Of a stretch of 64,000 nt of DNA, positions 29,300-39,302 are shown one piece after another. The stretch spans positions 64,001 to 128,000 of IMG/VR virus record IMGVR_UViG_3300045131_002929; one strand, 5' to 3'. The position numbers and the translations under genes are program-made. The first letter of the stretch is position 1. Every line of letters starts with the position of its first letter. The stretch is from a virus. A model generated the notes under the pieces. The model was not told the origin of the DNA, made no database searches, and worked only from the letters and a program-made list of their open reading frames with translations.

Positions 29300-30370
29300 A
29301 TGTCCAGAATCATCTTCATCGGGGACGGCCACATGTCCGAGCTCGCCTGGAAGTCCAGGCCTTCAGCTCGGTGGGACGCGAAGTCCGCCCTGCTGGCCAT
29401 CGTCGGCGCGGAACGCGGCAGGGCCGACGCGCTCGTCTTCTGCGGGGACTGCTTCGACAGCAGAAGGCCCTCGCCGGACGAGTTCAAAGCCATGGCGGAC
29501 TGCCTCGACGGCAGCGGCCTCAGGGTCCTGCACGTCCAGGGCAACCACGACAAATGCCGCGGCGAAGGCTGGATGAGCCTGCTAGGCTCGGAAAGCCTGC
29601 ACGGCCGGGTCGTCGACGTCAGCGGGGTCAAGCTGGCCGGGGTGGACCACAGCGGCCCGGACGAGCTGGAGGCCGTGCTAGGCGGGATCTGCGACAGCGG
29701 GCCTTTCGACGTCCTAGTCCTGCACCAGGCGCTCAGCGAGGCCGGCAGCAGGGAGCCGGGATGCCTCAGCAAGGCGGACGTCCCGCACTGCGCCCGGATC
29801 GGCATGGTGGTCGGCCACACCCACAACCCGATGGCCTGCCGGGACTCCGAGGGCCGCTGGGTCGTCAGCCCGGGCTGCACCCACCGGCGCAAGGTGGACG
29901 AGCCGCCCGGCACGTACGCCGTCCTCGAGGACGGCGCGTTCAGCTCGGAGCGCGTCCAGTGGGGCCGGGAGCTGCTCGAGCTGACCGCCGAGGCGGCCGC
30001 GGCCCGCGAGGAGCCCGCGGCCGATCCGCCGCAGCTGGCCAGAGTGCGCGGGGCCGACCCGCGCACTCTGGCGAAAGCCTGCAACAGGCTGGCCAAGCTC
30101 GGCCTGCTGGTCTTCCCGCAGCTCGAGGCGGGTCCCGGCAGGGAGGCCGTGAAGGTCAGCGTCGGCGAGCTGTGCAGGCTCGAAGACGCGATATCGTCGT
30201 TCGCCAGCTCGCCGGACATGGCGGGCTTCCTGCTGGCCGCCTGCTCCGAGGGCGTCAGGGAGGTCGATCACAGGTCGGAGGTCATGCGGTCCGAGCGGGC
30301 CGAACTCGAAAGGAGGCTGGCAGATGCCCAGGCTGTTAGGAATGCGGGCGTCCAATCTGGGCGTCCATGA
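29300..30370 (+). CDS. sbcD: SbcD/Mre11-like metallophosphoesterase nuclease
   Basis: DxH, GDxFD, GNHD, GHTH motifs; AAGGAGG RBS; upstream of SMC-like ATPase. Confidence 0.85.
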   Translation: MSRIIFIGDGHMSELAWKSRPSARWDAKSALLAIVGAERGRADALVFCGDCFDSRRPSPDEFKAMADCLDGSGLRVLHVQGNHDKCRGEGWMSLLGSESLHGRVVDVSGVKLAGVDHSGPDELEAVLGGICDSGPFDVLVLHQALSEAGSREPGCLSKADVPHCARIGMVVGHTHNPMACRDSEGRWVVSPGCTHRRKVDEPPGTYAVLEDGAFSSERVQWGRELLELTAEAAAAREEPAADPPQLARVRGADPRTLAKACNRLAKLGLLVFPQLEAGPGREAVKVSVGELCRLEDAISSFASSPDMAGFLLAACSEGVREVDHRSEVMRSERAELERRLADAQAVRNAGVQSGRP

Positions 30371-32339
30371 GACGCTCGAGGTGGCGTTCCCGTCGGGGAT
30401 GACGCTGCTCAGAGGCCGCAACGGGTCCGGCAAGAGCACGATGCTCGCCGGCCTTTTTTTCGCCTTGGCGGGCGACCACCCCGAGGAGGGCAAGACCAAG
30501 GCCTCGCTGCTGGCGTGGGGCGCCAGGAAAGGCTGGGTCGAGGTCGACTTCGAGGCCGAGGGCAAGGCCTACAAGGTCCGCCGCGCGCTGGACGCGGCCG
30601 CCGCGTCGCTGGAGGGCGGCGAGGCTAAGATCACAGGCGCCAAGAACGTCGACGCCGCGGTGGCCGACCTGCTCGGCATGGACCGCGACTCGCTGCTGCT
30701 GGCCGCCTTCATGAGCCAGCGGGACAGCACGGACATCCTCACGGCCACGGAGTCCAAACGGCTCAGGGAATGGGCGCGGCTGGCCGGCTTCAAGCACGCC
30801 GAGCGCGTCAGGGAGCGGCTGCGGGCGGCCTCGGCCGAGATACCGCCGCGGCAGGACATGGCGCAAAGGCTGGAGGCGCTGCGGGCCAGCTTGGCGGATA
30901 ACGAGAAAAGAACGGCGGCGGTGGAAGCCTCGCTAGCGCCCCTGGCAGAAACGGCAGCGGCCGCAAAAGCCGCGGCCCTCGTCTATATACCCTCCGGCAT
31001 CAAAGCCTCTGAAAAGGCCCTCAGAATCGCTGAAAACGCCATTAGCCTCGAAAAGACGCTGGTGGGGCTTATGGCGCTGCCGCCTAGGGCCGAGGTCAAA
31101 CCGCCGCCCGACGCCGGGCTGCGGGCCAAGGCGGCGGCCTGGTCCAGGGCGTACGAGCTGGCCGGCGCGATCGCCGAGGCGGAGCAGGGCTTGAAGGCCA
31201 TGCCCGAAGCGGCGGCCGTCGAGCGGGAGCTGGCCACGGCGCGGCAGGAGGCGGAGGCCGAGACGGTCCGGTCCGGCCTATCCGCCGTCAGGTCCGGCCT
31301 GAAGGCGGGCATGACGTGTCCGGTCTGCGACAGCATCCTGGCAGCCGATCCGGGCCAGATCCTATCGATAGGTTCAAACCACAGGGCGGCGGCGCGCAGG
31401 CTGGAGTCGGAGCTCGCGGCCAGAAGAAAAGCCGACGACAGACTGGCGGGCCTGAGGGCGGATTTCGATAAGTCGGCGGCGATGGCGGCGGGCTTCGACA
31501 AAGTGGCGTACGACGCGGCGATGACGGCCGCGGAGGGCGCGGCGCTCGCGGCGCGGGGCAACAAGGCCCGCGACGAGCTGGAGGCCGAGGTCGTCAGGCT
31601 GCACGAGGCGGGCCTGCGGTTAAAGGATATCGCGGCCGTGCCGGACGACACGCCGGACCCCGCTCTGCTCAGAAAAGCCGCCGACGATGCTTCTATTATT
31701 CTAATAGAAGCAAAATCCGAGCTTAGACACTTGCAAAGCTTGAAGGCGATGCTAGTTTTAGAGCTGTCTGAGATCGAGGCTTGGGAGGCGTTGCGGGCGG
31801 TGGAGGACGCGCAGCGGTCGTTTCTGGAGGGATCCAGGGCGGCGCTCGCTCCGGACGCGGCGCCAAGGGCCGCGGCGGCCGCGCTGGCCGCCCCGCTGGC
31901 CCAGGCCGTGTCGGCCCAGCTGTTCATGATGGGCGCCCCCTTCTCGCTATCGATAACCAGCGAGCTGGAGCCGCGGGCCGTGAAGGACGGCCGTAACGTG
32001 TCGCCGAGGGATCTATCAGGCGGCCAGCGGGCCATGCTGGCGGTGGCCGTGAGGCTGGCGCTGGTCGAGACGCTGGCGGGCGGGGTGCCTTTCCTGGTGC
32101 TGGACGAGCCCACGCCGCATCTCGACGAGCCGAACAGGGAGGCGCTCGCGGCGGCTTTGACGGCCACCAGGGACTCGCTGGCGGCCTCGGGGATCCAGAT
32201 GATAGTGTGTTCGCACGAGCAGGAGCTGCTGCCGGCGGCCGACGCCGAGATAGTGTTCCAACAGGTTGGAAAGAAGGTGGCAGATGCTGACGATATCAGG
32301 GAACCTCGCGATGGTGGCGCCGTGGGAGCCGACGCTTGA
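30324..32339 (+). CDS. sbcC: SbcC/Rad50-like ATPase
   Basis: GRNGSGKS Walker A, CPVC zinc hook, LSGGQ signature, LDEPT Walker B, SH motif. Confidence 0.92.
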   Translation: MPRLLGMRASNLGVHETLEVAFPSGMTLLRGRNGSGKSTMLAGLFFALAGDHPEEGKTKASLLAWGARKGWVEVDFEAEGKAYKVRRALDAAAASLEGGEAKITGAKNVDAAVADLLGMDRDSLLLAAFMSQRDSTDILTATESKRLREWARLAGFKHAERVRERLRAASAEIPPRQDMAQRLEALRASLADNEKRTAAVEASLAPLAETAAAAKAAALVYIPSGIKASEKALRIAENAISLEKTLVGLMALPPRAEVKPPPDAGLRAKAAAWSRAYELAGAIAEAEQGLKAMPEAAAVERELATARQEAEAETVRSGLSAVRSGLKAGMTCPVCDSILAADPGQILSIGSNHRAAARRLESELAARRKADDRLAGLRADFDKSAAMAAGFDKVAYDAAMTAAEGAALAARGNKARDELEAEVVRLHEAGLRLKDIAAVPDDTPDPALLRKAADDASIILIEAKSELRHLQSLKAMLVLELSEIEAWEALRAVEDAQRSFLEGSRAALAPDAAPRAAAAALAAPLAQAVSAQLFMMGAPFSLSITSELEPRAVKDGRNVSPRDLSGGQRAMLAVAVRLALVETLAGGVPFLVLDEPTPHLDEPNREALAAALTATRDSLAASGIQMIVCSHEQELLPAADAEIVFQQVGKKVADADDIREPRDGGAVGADA

Positions 32340-33726
32340 GCCTTCGCTCACGGTCAGGCGCAAAATATTCGATCCGCGCTCCAAGACGCCGACTGAGAAG
32401 CTCGAGCTGCTGTATTCGGTCGACAAGTCCGGAGTCGGCGGCTACGTGCCGGCGGGGCTTGCCGAGCGGGTAGCGCGGGCGCTCGTCAAGATGAGGGGCG
32501 CGTGTCCGATCAAAGACCTGCGCAAGTGGGCGGCGCTGCCGACGCCGGACTGGTCCAGGATAGACCTCACCAAGCTGCGCGACGGCCAGGCCGAGCTGCT
32601 GGCCGCGGTGGCTTCGAGTCATAGCGGCGTCATCGTGGCGCCGCCGGGGTTCGGCAAGAGCACCTGCCTGTGCTTCATGTGCATGGTGTACCCGGACGCC
32701 GTCATCGTGGTGGCCACGCCGAGGGTGTCCGTCGTGCGGACCATAGCGGACAGGATGAAGACCTTTCCGGCTTTGGACGGCCAGGTGGGCGTCATGTGCA
32801 CCGGCAGGAACGACGGATGGACGAACCGCATCACGGTGACGACGACCAAGGGCATGGAGAAGGCGCGGTACGCCGACTGCGACCTGCTGGTGCTCGACGA
32901 GTGCCACTGCGCGGCCGCTCCGGGGGTATCCACGGCGCTGGCCAAGTTCCACGAGGCCCGCAAGTGGGGGCTTAGCGCGTCGCCCACGGGCCGAGGGGAT
33001 AACGCCGACCTGCTGCTGGAGGCTTTGATCGGACCCGTCCGGTTCGAGCATACCTACCAGCAGGCCGTGTCGTCCAAGTCCATCGTGCAGATCGACGCCA
33101 TGGTGGTGCGCAACAAGGAGCCGAGCCCCGGCAACTACGGGACGCGGATAGCCATGAAGCGGCACTGCGTGTGGCGCAACAACAAGCGCAACGACCTGAT
33201 CGCCTCCGCGGCCAGGATATGCAGCAATCAAGGCCAGACGCTGATCATGTGCGAGACGGTGGAGCACGTCATGGAGCTGCGCAAGCGGCTGCCTGGCTGG
33301 GTCACCGTGTATGCGGCCTGCGACAAGGCCCGCTACCAGGGCTTCGTAGACAAAGGCATGACGGACGAGCCATTGAAAAGCGCCGACGACCTCATCGAAG
33401 TTCAGAAGAAATTTGAGCGCGGTGAGATCAATAGAGCTATAACCACGATGACATGGCGTGAAGGAGTAGATTTTGTCAAACTAGCCTTCCTGGTGAGGGC
33501 CGACTCTATGTCGGGCGAGATACCGGCCATACAGATAACCGGCCGGCTCAGCCGCACGAACAAAGGCAAAAGCACAGGAATACTGGTGGATTTCCTCGAC
33601 GAGGCGGACACTCAAATGCGCGCCTCGGCCTGGAAAAAGATCAAGCTCTACAAAGCCAAAGGTTGGAACGTCAACGTGATAGACGGTGTGGACAAGCTCA
33701 AGAACCTAGTCGAGGTGGAGTTTTAA
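32284..33726 (+). CDS. Superfamily 2 DNA helicase (UvsW-like)
   Basis: APPGFGKS, DECH, SAS(PT), EGVD, QITGRLSR motifs. Confidence 0.9.
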   Translation: MLTISGNLAMVAPWEPTLEPSLTVRRKIFDPRSKTPTEKLELLYSVDKSGVGGYVPAGLAERVARALVKMRGACPIKDLRKWAALPTPDWSRIDLTKLRDGQAELLAAVASSHSGVIVAPPGFGKSTCLCFMCMVYPDAVIVVATPRVSVVRTIADRMKTFPALDGQVGVMCTGRNDGWTNRITVTTTKGMEKARYADCDLLVLDECHCAAAPGVSTALAKFHEARKWGLSASPTGRGDNADLLLEALIGPVRFEHTYQQAVSSKSIVQIDAMVVRNKEPSPGNYGTRIAMKRHCVWRNNKRNDLIASAARICSNQGQTLIMCETVEHVMELRKRLPGWVTVYAACDKARYQGFVDKGMTDEPLKSADDLIEVQKKFERGEINRAITTMTWREGVDFVKLAFLVRADSMSGEIPAIQITGRLSRTNKGKSTGILVDFLDEADTQMRASAWKKIKLYKAKGWNVNVIDGVDKLKNLVEVEF

Positions 33727-33727
33727 G

Positions 33728-34228
33728 ATGGACGAGCATGACGAGATGCTGGCGCTGCTCGGCGGTCCCTACAGGATCACGGGCAACCCAGGCTGGCCGG
33801 GGCTTAAAGCCAGGCTCGACGCCATGGGCGCCACCTGGCCGGAGTTCCTGCGCGCGGTCTCGTACGAGGCCGGCGCCTCGAAGCTCGTACCGGGCTTCCT
33901 CGTGTCGCCGGCCGCCTTCGAGCTGTTCGCCAGGGCGCGCGAGACGCAGCTGGCCGAGAATGAGATGCGCTGCCAGATGCAGCGCAGGCGGGTGCTGACC
34001 CTTCTCAGGGAAGGCAGGACCCCTGACGACATAGCGTCGGACGGAACGGAGTGCCTCTGCGCGGTGCTACGCTACTTCCTCGCTAGAATGGCCGAATCGC
34101 CCGACGCGGACGCGCTAAAGGCTGGAGCCAAGCACGAGGATGAGGCCAATCCAGACCTCACCTCGAAAATAGTAGGATGGGACCCAGAATGGCAAGAGTA
34201 TCTGACAGAACTCCGCCACCGCAGCTAG
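33728..34228 (+). CDS. Hypothetical protein in replication operon
   Basis: 1-nt spacing, coding-like codon usage. Confidence 0.65.
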   Translation: MDEHDEMLALLGGPYRITGNPGWPGLKARLDAMGATWPEFLRAVSYEAGASKLVPGFLVSPAAFELFARARETQLAENEMRCQMQRRRVLTLLREGRTPDDIASDGTECLCAVLRYFLARMAESPDADALKAGAKHEDEANPDLTSKIVGWDPEWQEYLTELRHRS

Positions 34229-35697
34229 AGCTGACCAAGACCAGCTACGACGTGCTGGCCATGCACGTGGTCAGGGACCCTGTGGTGTTCGCGGAGTTCT
34301 GTGAGCGCACCAGCCCGACCACGTTCGACAAGGTGCTCTACATGCCGCACGACATGATAGCGGAGGCGGCTGCCAGGGTATACAGGGAGACCAAGGAGCT
34401 GCCCGGTCCGCTATTCCTCCGCAGCAAGCTGCTGGAGGTGCTGAGCGAGCATACGCTGCCTGACGAGGCCAAGGCTGCGACGCTGGCCTTTTTCGACATG
34501 GCGGCGGCGGTCGGCGAGGAGTATCTGACGAGGTCTTGGGCTCTCAAGATACTGTCGGCGGTCATCTCCGCGCAGGTGGCGAAGCGCTCGGGCGAGAAGC
34601 TGATGCGCGCGCTGGAGCAAGGCTCCAACCTGGACCACGCGTTCGAGCAGATCATGGCCGACAAGGACCGGCGCCTGAGCGGAATAGGCTCCAAGAAGTC
34701 CGGGATAAACCCGTTCGAGTGCATGGAGCGGCTCATGGTGAAGTCCGAGTACCACGCGACGGGCGTGGACTTCCTGGACGTGGTGCTAGGCGGCGGGTTC
34801 CGGCGCGGCGACCTGGTCGCGCTGCTCGGCGGAACCAGTGGCGGCAAGACCACCCTGGCGCTGCAGGTGGCGTTCGAGTGGATCCGGCAGGGGCCGGACA
34901 GGCACACCGTGGTGTGCTCGTACGAGCAGCCGGCCGAGGGCGACATAGCCGAGAGGCTGATGACGCTGGCCACCGGCATGCCCTCCTCGAACTTCAGGGG
35001 CAGGCCTTTCGCGGATATCGACCACGCCGCGATAGACATCTTCAACAAGAGGCTGTCGGCGGACCAGCGGTCGCGCTTCCACTTCAAGGACATGTCGGAG
35101 GGGGAGCACGGCAGGCGCGGCATGGCCGACATCAAGGCGGCGCTGGCCGAGTTCGGCTGCCCGCGGCATGACGGCGCCCCCACGCTGGTCGTGCTGGACT
35201 GGCTGCAGCCGCTGCTTCAGCGGGCCATGTCCGGCTCGGGCCGGGAGGCTTCGGACTCGTCGCAGCTTCGACTGTACGGCGGCATGTTCATGGACGAGCT
35301 GAAGTCGTTCAAAAACAAAGAGAACGTGTGCGTGTTCATAACGCACCAGCTGAGTTCTGAGGCCGCGGCGGCGGCGCCGAGCCGCAAGCCTGTGTGCCAG
35401 GACGCCGCCGAGTGGAAGGGCTTCGCCAATCTTACCGACCTGACGTTCGCGCTCGGGACGCTGTCGGACGAGTATGTGGCGTGGCTCGTGGCGAGCAAGA
35501 CCCGCGGGATAGCCAAGCAGTCGCGCTTCCTGAAGCTGAAGGGCGAGCTTTGCCGCTGGGTGGACGCGGAGTCCGAGTACATGGTGTCGTCGTCAGGGAA
35601 AGTCGTGTCGAAGGACATGGAGATGGAGGACGACTCCGAGCCGCCGCAGAGGCGCGGCGGCTACCGGCCGACTGCGGCCTCGCAGTTCATGCGCTAA
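34189..35697 (+). CDS. DnaB-like (SF4) replicative helicase
   Basis: 'TGVDFLDVVLGGGF', GGTSGGKTT, SYEQ, VVLDW, 'THQLS', 'KTR'. Confidence 0.85.
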   Translation: MARVSDRTPPPQLELTKTSYDVLAMHVVRDPVVFAEFCERTSPTTFDKVLYMPHDMIAEAAARVYRETKELPGPLFLRSKLLEVLSEHTLPDEAKAATLAFFDMAAAVGEEYLTRSWALKILSAVISAQVAKRSGEKLMRALEQGSNLDHAFEQIMADKDRRLSGIGSKKSGINPFECMERLMVKSEYHATGVDFLDVVLGGGFRRGDLVALLGGTSGGKTTLALQVAFEWIRQGPDRHTVVCSYEQPAEGDIAERLMTLATGMPSSNFRGRPFADIDHAAIDIFNKRLSADQRSRFHFKDMSEGEHGRRGMADIKAALAEFGCPRHDGAPTLVVLDWLQPLLQRAMSGSGREASDSSQLRLYGGMFMDELKSFKNKENVCVFITHQLSSEAAAAAPSRKPVCQDAAEWKGFANLTDLTFALGTLSDEYVAWLVASKTRGIAKQSRFLKLKGELCRWVDAESEYMVSSSGKVVSKDMEMEDDSEPPQRRGGYRPTAASQFMR

Positions 35698-35717
35698 CAG
35701 AAAGGAACAAATGCCAA

Positions 35718-36773
35718 GTGCTTAACAACCCCCTATATGACGCGCTGCGCAAGCTCTACGGCAAGGTCCAGGTGGCCTGCGAGGGCGAGCAGGGCGTCAT
35801 CACGGAGACGACGCGCGGCGATGGATGCCTGATCGCGACCCGCGCGTCGGGCGGCGAGCAGTACAAGCTGAACTGCCCGGTCTGCGGGGACACGCGCGGG
35901 CGGCTGTACATCAGCCACTGGGCGTACCGCGTCATGACGAAGTCCGAAAAAAGACTGTGCACGAACGGGCTCATGCTCTGCCACAACGAGAAGTGCGACC
36001 TGCAGGATGTCAGATCCGCCATAGGCCGCGCCATCGGCCAGATGGAGGCCGGGACCATCCGACAGTGCGACATCGCGGCGGCCAAGAAGACGAAGATCAT
36101 GGAACTGCCCGACAACGCGGTGCCTATCAACTCGATGGACGCGCCGGCGGCCTGCAAGGAGTATCTGGAGGACAGAGGCTTCGCGTTGGAAAGCCTCTAC
36201 AGGGACTTCAAGGTCCACGCCGTCGAGCGGCTGAAGGAATACCCGGAGCACGGCCCGAAGATCATATACCCGGTCTACTGGAACGGGGAGTGCGTCTTCT
36301 GGCAGGCCAGGCTTACCTACACGCCGACCAAGGAGCAGGCCCGGGCAGGGCATCACAAGTACTACATAACCCCTGGCGCGAAGAAGTCCGACTACCTGTA
36401 CAACAGGGACGGGGCTTTGAAGTCGCTGGCGGAGGCCAGGCCCGGCGCCACCCGCTTTGTTGTTCTAACAGAAGGTGTTACCGACGTTCAACGCGTCGGG
36501 ACCTGCGCTATGGCGTTCTTCGGCAAAGCGCCGTCGACCACCCAGCGGCAGATCATACGCTGGACGCCGCTGCACAGGGCCACCGGCATCCTGCTGCTGG
36601 ACCCGGACGCGGCCGACGACGCGGACGAGTTCATGGCGGAGAACGGCGGCACGAATCTATTCGCGGGCGGGCTGTACAGGGTCGACCTGCAGGACAAGGA
36701 TCCGGCGGAGCACACCACCGGCGAGATATGGAACAAGATAATCAAAGCTGTAAGCGCCGGCCAGGCCGGATAA
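35718..36773 (+). CDS. DNA primase (zinc finger + TOPRIM)
   Basis: CPVC...CHNEKC zinc domain, 'YLEDRG', 'WQAR', TEGVTD and LDPDA TOPRIM motifs; GTG start inferred. Confidence 0.85.
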   Translation: MLNNPLYDALRKLYGKVQVACEGEQGVITETTRGDGCLIATRASGGEQYKLNCPVCGDTRGRLYISHWAYRVMTKSEKRLCTNGLMLCHNEKCDLQDVRSAIGRAIGQMEAGTIRQCDIAAAKKTKIMELPDNAVPINSMDAPAACKEYLEDRGFALESLYRDFKVHAVERLKEYPEHGPKIIYPVYWNGECVFWQARLTYTPTKEQARAGHHKYYITPGAKKSDYLYNRDGALKSLAEARPGATRFVVLTEGVTDVQRVGTCAMAFFGKAPSTTQRQIIRWTPLHRATGILLLDPDAADDADEFMAENGGTNLFAGGLYRVDLQDKDPAEHTTGEIWNKIIKAVSAGQAG

Positions 36774-36810
36774 CAGGAACGAAACAACAGGAGGAAGAGG
36801 GCATGCGAAC

Positions 36811-37794
36811 GTGAACATTTCGATGTGGCGAAGCGGATCGAGTCCGCTGACAGGGCCGAGGATAGCGATCGACACGGAGACGGAGCTGATCGTCGACCAC
36901 AGGACGCCGCCGCTGGTCCTGATGCAGGTGTACAGCGGCGGGGACACGGTGCACCTGGTCAAGTGGCAGGACGCCAAGGAGTACCTGGACAGGCTGTCGG
37001 AGGCCTGCCCAAAGTCCAGGGTCGTGTTCCACAACGCGCCTTTCGACATCGCCGTGCTGGACGGCCACCAGTGGCTGGAGACGGGCGTGGAGGACGGCCG
37101 CATCGGCGACACGATGCTCAGGTTCGCGCTGTGGAAGCTCGCCACCATGGGCGACTACGTCGCTTTGAACCTGGCGACCGCGGCAAGGGACGTGATCGGC
37201 ATGCCGCTGAACAAATCCGAGGACATCCGACTCACGTTCAGCAGGGACATGATCGAGCCGGACGCCGCCCATAAGGAGTATGCCGCCGCCGACGTCATCG
37301 CCACCTGGCGGATCGACGAGGCGATCCCGAGGAGCGGGACGCAGACGGAGGAGACGCAGGTGAAGGCGGCCATGGCGCTCTACGACATCTCCAGGACGGG
37401 CTTGGCCGTGGACGAGCAGCGAAGGGCCAAGCTGGAGGCCAGGTTCACCAGAAAAGTCGAAGAGACGCTGGAGATCCTGGACGCCAACGGGTACGTGCCC
37501 GGCAAGACCGGCAACAAGGCGGCGCTGCAGACGGCCCTGAAACTGATCGAGACCATGTACGGGATAAAGCTGCCGCGCACGGAGAAGAAGGGCGAGATAA
37601 GCGTGTCGAAGGAGGCCATGGCCGAGATGTCGGAGGACATCCCGTTCCTGTCAGCGCTGAAGGAGCACGACCATTACAACAAGATCCTGTCAACGTACCT
37701 GCAGAAGGGCGTGGCAGGCGTGGACGGCCGCGTCCACACGCGCTTCAACACCCTGATAAAAACAGGGCGCACGTCGAGCTCAAAACCAAACCTT
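36811..37794 (+). CDS. polA: Family A DNA polymerase exon 1 (3'-5' exonuclease and thumb); join 36811..37794,38790..39302,39574..39888, about 603 aa
   Basis: DTET, HNAPFD, YAAAD exonuclease motifs; TGRTSSSKPNL joins QQLPR of exon 2. Confidence 0.9.
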
Positions 37795-37925
37795 TTACTG
37801 CTCAACGAGTTACAACTCGCTGCATAATGTTGGAGGTTGTAAAACCCTTTGAATTGCTGGGATATCCTTAGGTCAACACACCACAGCGTGGCCGGCGACG
37901 GCGGGCGCGAAGGTTTGAGAAGAGG

Positions 37926-37954
37926 TTGACAAAAATACCTAAAAGGTATATAAT
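37926..37954 (+). promoter_or_regulatory. Consensus sigma-70 promoter inside intron 1, driving the endonuclease gene
   Basis: TTGACA-17 nt-TATAAT, 48 nt upstream of the ATG at 38003. Confidence 0.85.
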
Positions 37955-38002
37955 AGATGTTAGGTATTAACAGGGGACAATCAGCAGGTAAGGGACTATG
38001 GT

Positions 38003-38641
38003 ATGCAAGCAGACTCTCTGATAAGACTCGCGTTGAACGCTAGACTAGGCGACGGTTGTTTCTGGAAGCACCCTGAATGCGTGAACTACAAACTCGTATT
38101 CACAGGTACGAATAGAGACTGGATCGCCTATAAAGGAAGAATGTTCGACAGGGAACCGAAGCTAGCGAGGAAAGCCGGATCGACTAGAGAAGGTGTATTC
38201 AAGAACTCTAAAGATTTGTGGAGCGTGACCACCCTGGTGGACCCGTTGTTCACCGAGTATAAGCACAAATCTATAGGAGAATGCTTCGACGAGGTTCTTA
38301 AAATCGACTTCTACCACTGGTTTTTAGACGACGGGTCGGTCATAGAGAGGCGTGATTCATTCAAAGGGCGCCGCATGAACTACAGATACATCCTGTATCT
38401 AGGCAGCCTGTTGAGTGGTGACGCCTCCGACGAGGGCAGCTTCTTCGAAATGGTCGATCGAGTTTTCAAAGACACGCTGGCAGGCGCGAACCATGGAACG
38501 ATCTCGCAGAACGGGTGCTCTAAGAACCCATGTAACGACAGGGCGTGGCAGATACCAGTCTGCATCGGACGCGAGCTCGCGATAGGGGCAGGCCGTCTAG
38601 GAGTCGAGGGATTCGAGAGAAAACTCAGATACAACCCATAG
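38003..38641 (+). CDS. Intron-encoded LAGLIDADG homing endonuclease (two-motif type)
   Basis: 'LNARLGDGCF' and 'HWFLDDGS' motifs; lies between the Q and R elements of the intron; low GC. Confidence 0.85.
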   Translation: MQADSLIRLALNARLGDGCFWKHPECVNYKLVFTGTNRDWIAYKGRMFDREPKLARKAGSTREGVFKNSKDLWSVTTLVDPLFTEYKHKSIGECFDEVLKIDFYHWFLDDGSVIERRDSFKGRRMNYRYILYLGSLLSGDASDEGSFFEMVDRVFKDTLAGANHGTISQNGCSKNPCNDRAWQIPVCIGRELAIGAGRLGVEGFERKLRYNP

Positions 38642-38789
38642 TTCAAACTTCAGAGACCATCCCGCAAGGGAGTAGGCGACCCAGGGTGAAGGGCGTCGAA
38701 GCAGAGGGGCGGTTCGATCCCGCATGATATGGTCCGCTCACCATGGCGACATGGTGAAAGACGCCTGACCCGGGCGTCTCAACAAAAGG

Positions 38790-39302
38790 CAACAGCTACC
38801 AAGGGCCGACGGCATTCGAGGGATGTACATCCCGGCCGACGGTCACGTGTTCTCGGCCACGGACTACGCGCAGCTGGAGTTATGCGCGCTGGCGCAGCAC
38901 TGCAAGACGACCTACGGTAAGTCGAAACTGGCCGAGGTCATCAACGACGGCACGGACGTCCACAAGTTCCTAGCGTCCAAGATATACAACATCGACGTCG
39001 GGCAGGTTACGAAAGATCAGAGGCAACTGGCTAAGGCAGCCTCATTCGGTCTACCTGGCGGATTAGCCGCCCGGACATTCGTGACGTACGCCAAGGGGTA
39101 CGGTGTGGACATCGACGAGCCGAGGGCTCAGGAGGTCAAGGCCATCTGGCTTAAAGCTTTCCCTGAGATGGAGGAGCACCTAAAGCCGATCAGCGTGGAG
39201 GACGACTACGGCAGGCCGTGTTTCACGGCGGTGACGCTGACAGGGAGGAAACGAAGCAACGCCACGTACTGCGAGGCTTGCAACTACGTCTTCCAAGGCC
39301 TT
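38790..39302 (+). CDS. polA: DNA polymerase A exon 2
   Basis: Motif A DYAQLEL, 'DVH', motif B RQLAKAASFG, ends NYVFQGL. Confidence 0.92.

Larger units (their letters stand above)
37795..38789 (+). ncRNA. Group I intron 1 in polA (995 nt) carrying a homing endonuclease gene
   Basis: Exon ends in U, intron ends in G; P1 AACCUU/GAGGUU with U.G pair; P10 UGUUG/CAACA; core GAAUUGCUGGG, AAUCAGCAGG, UUCAGAGACCA, GAUAUGGUCC; splicing restores PNLQQLPR. Confidence 0.92.
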
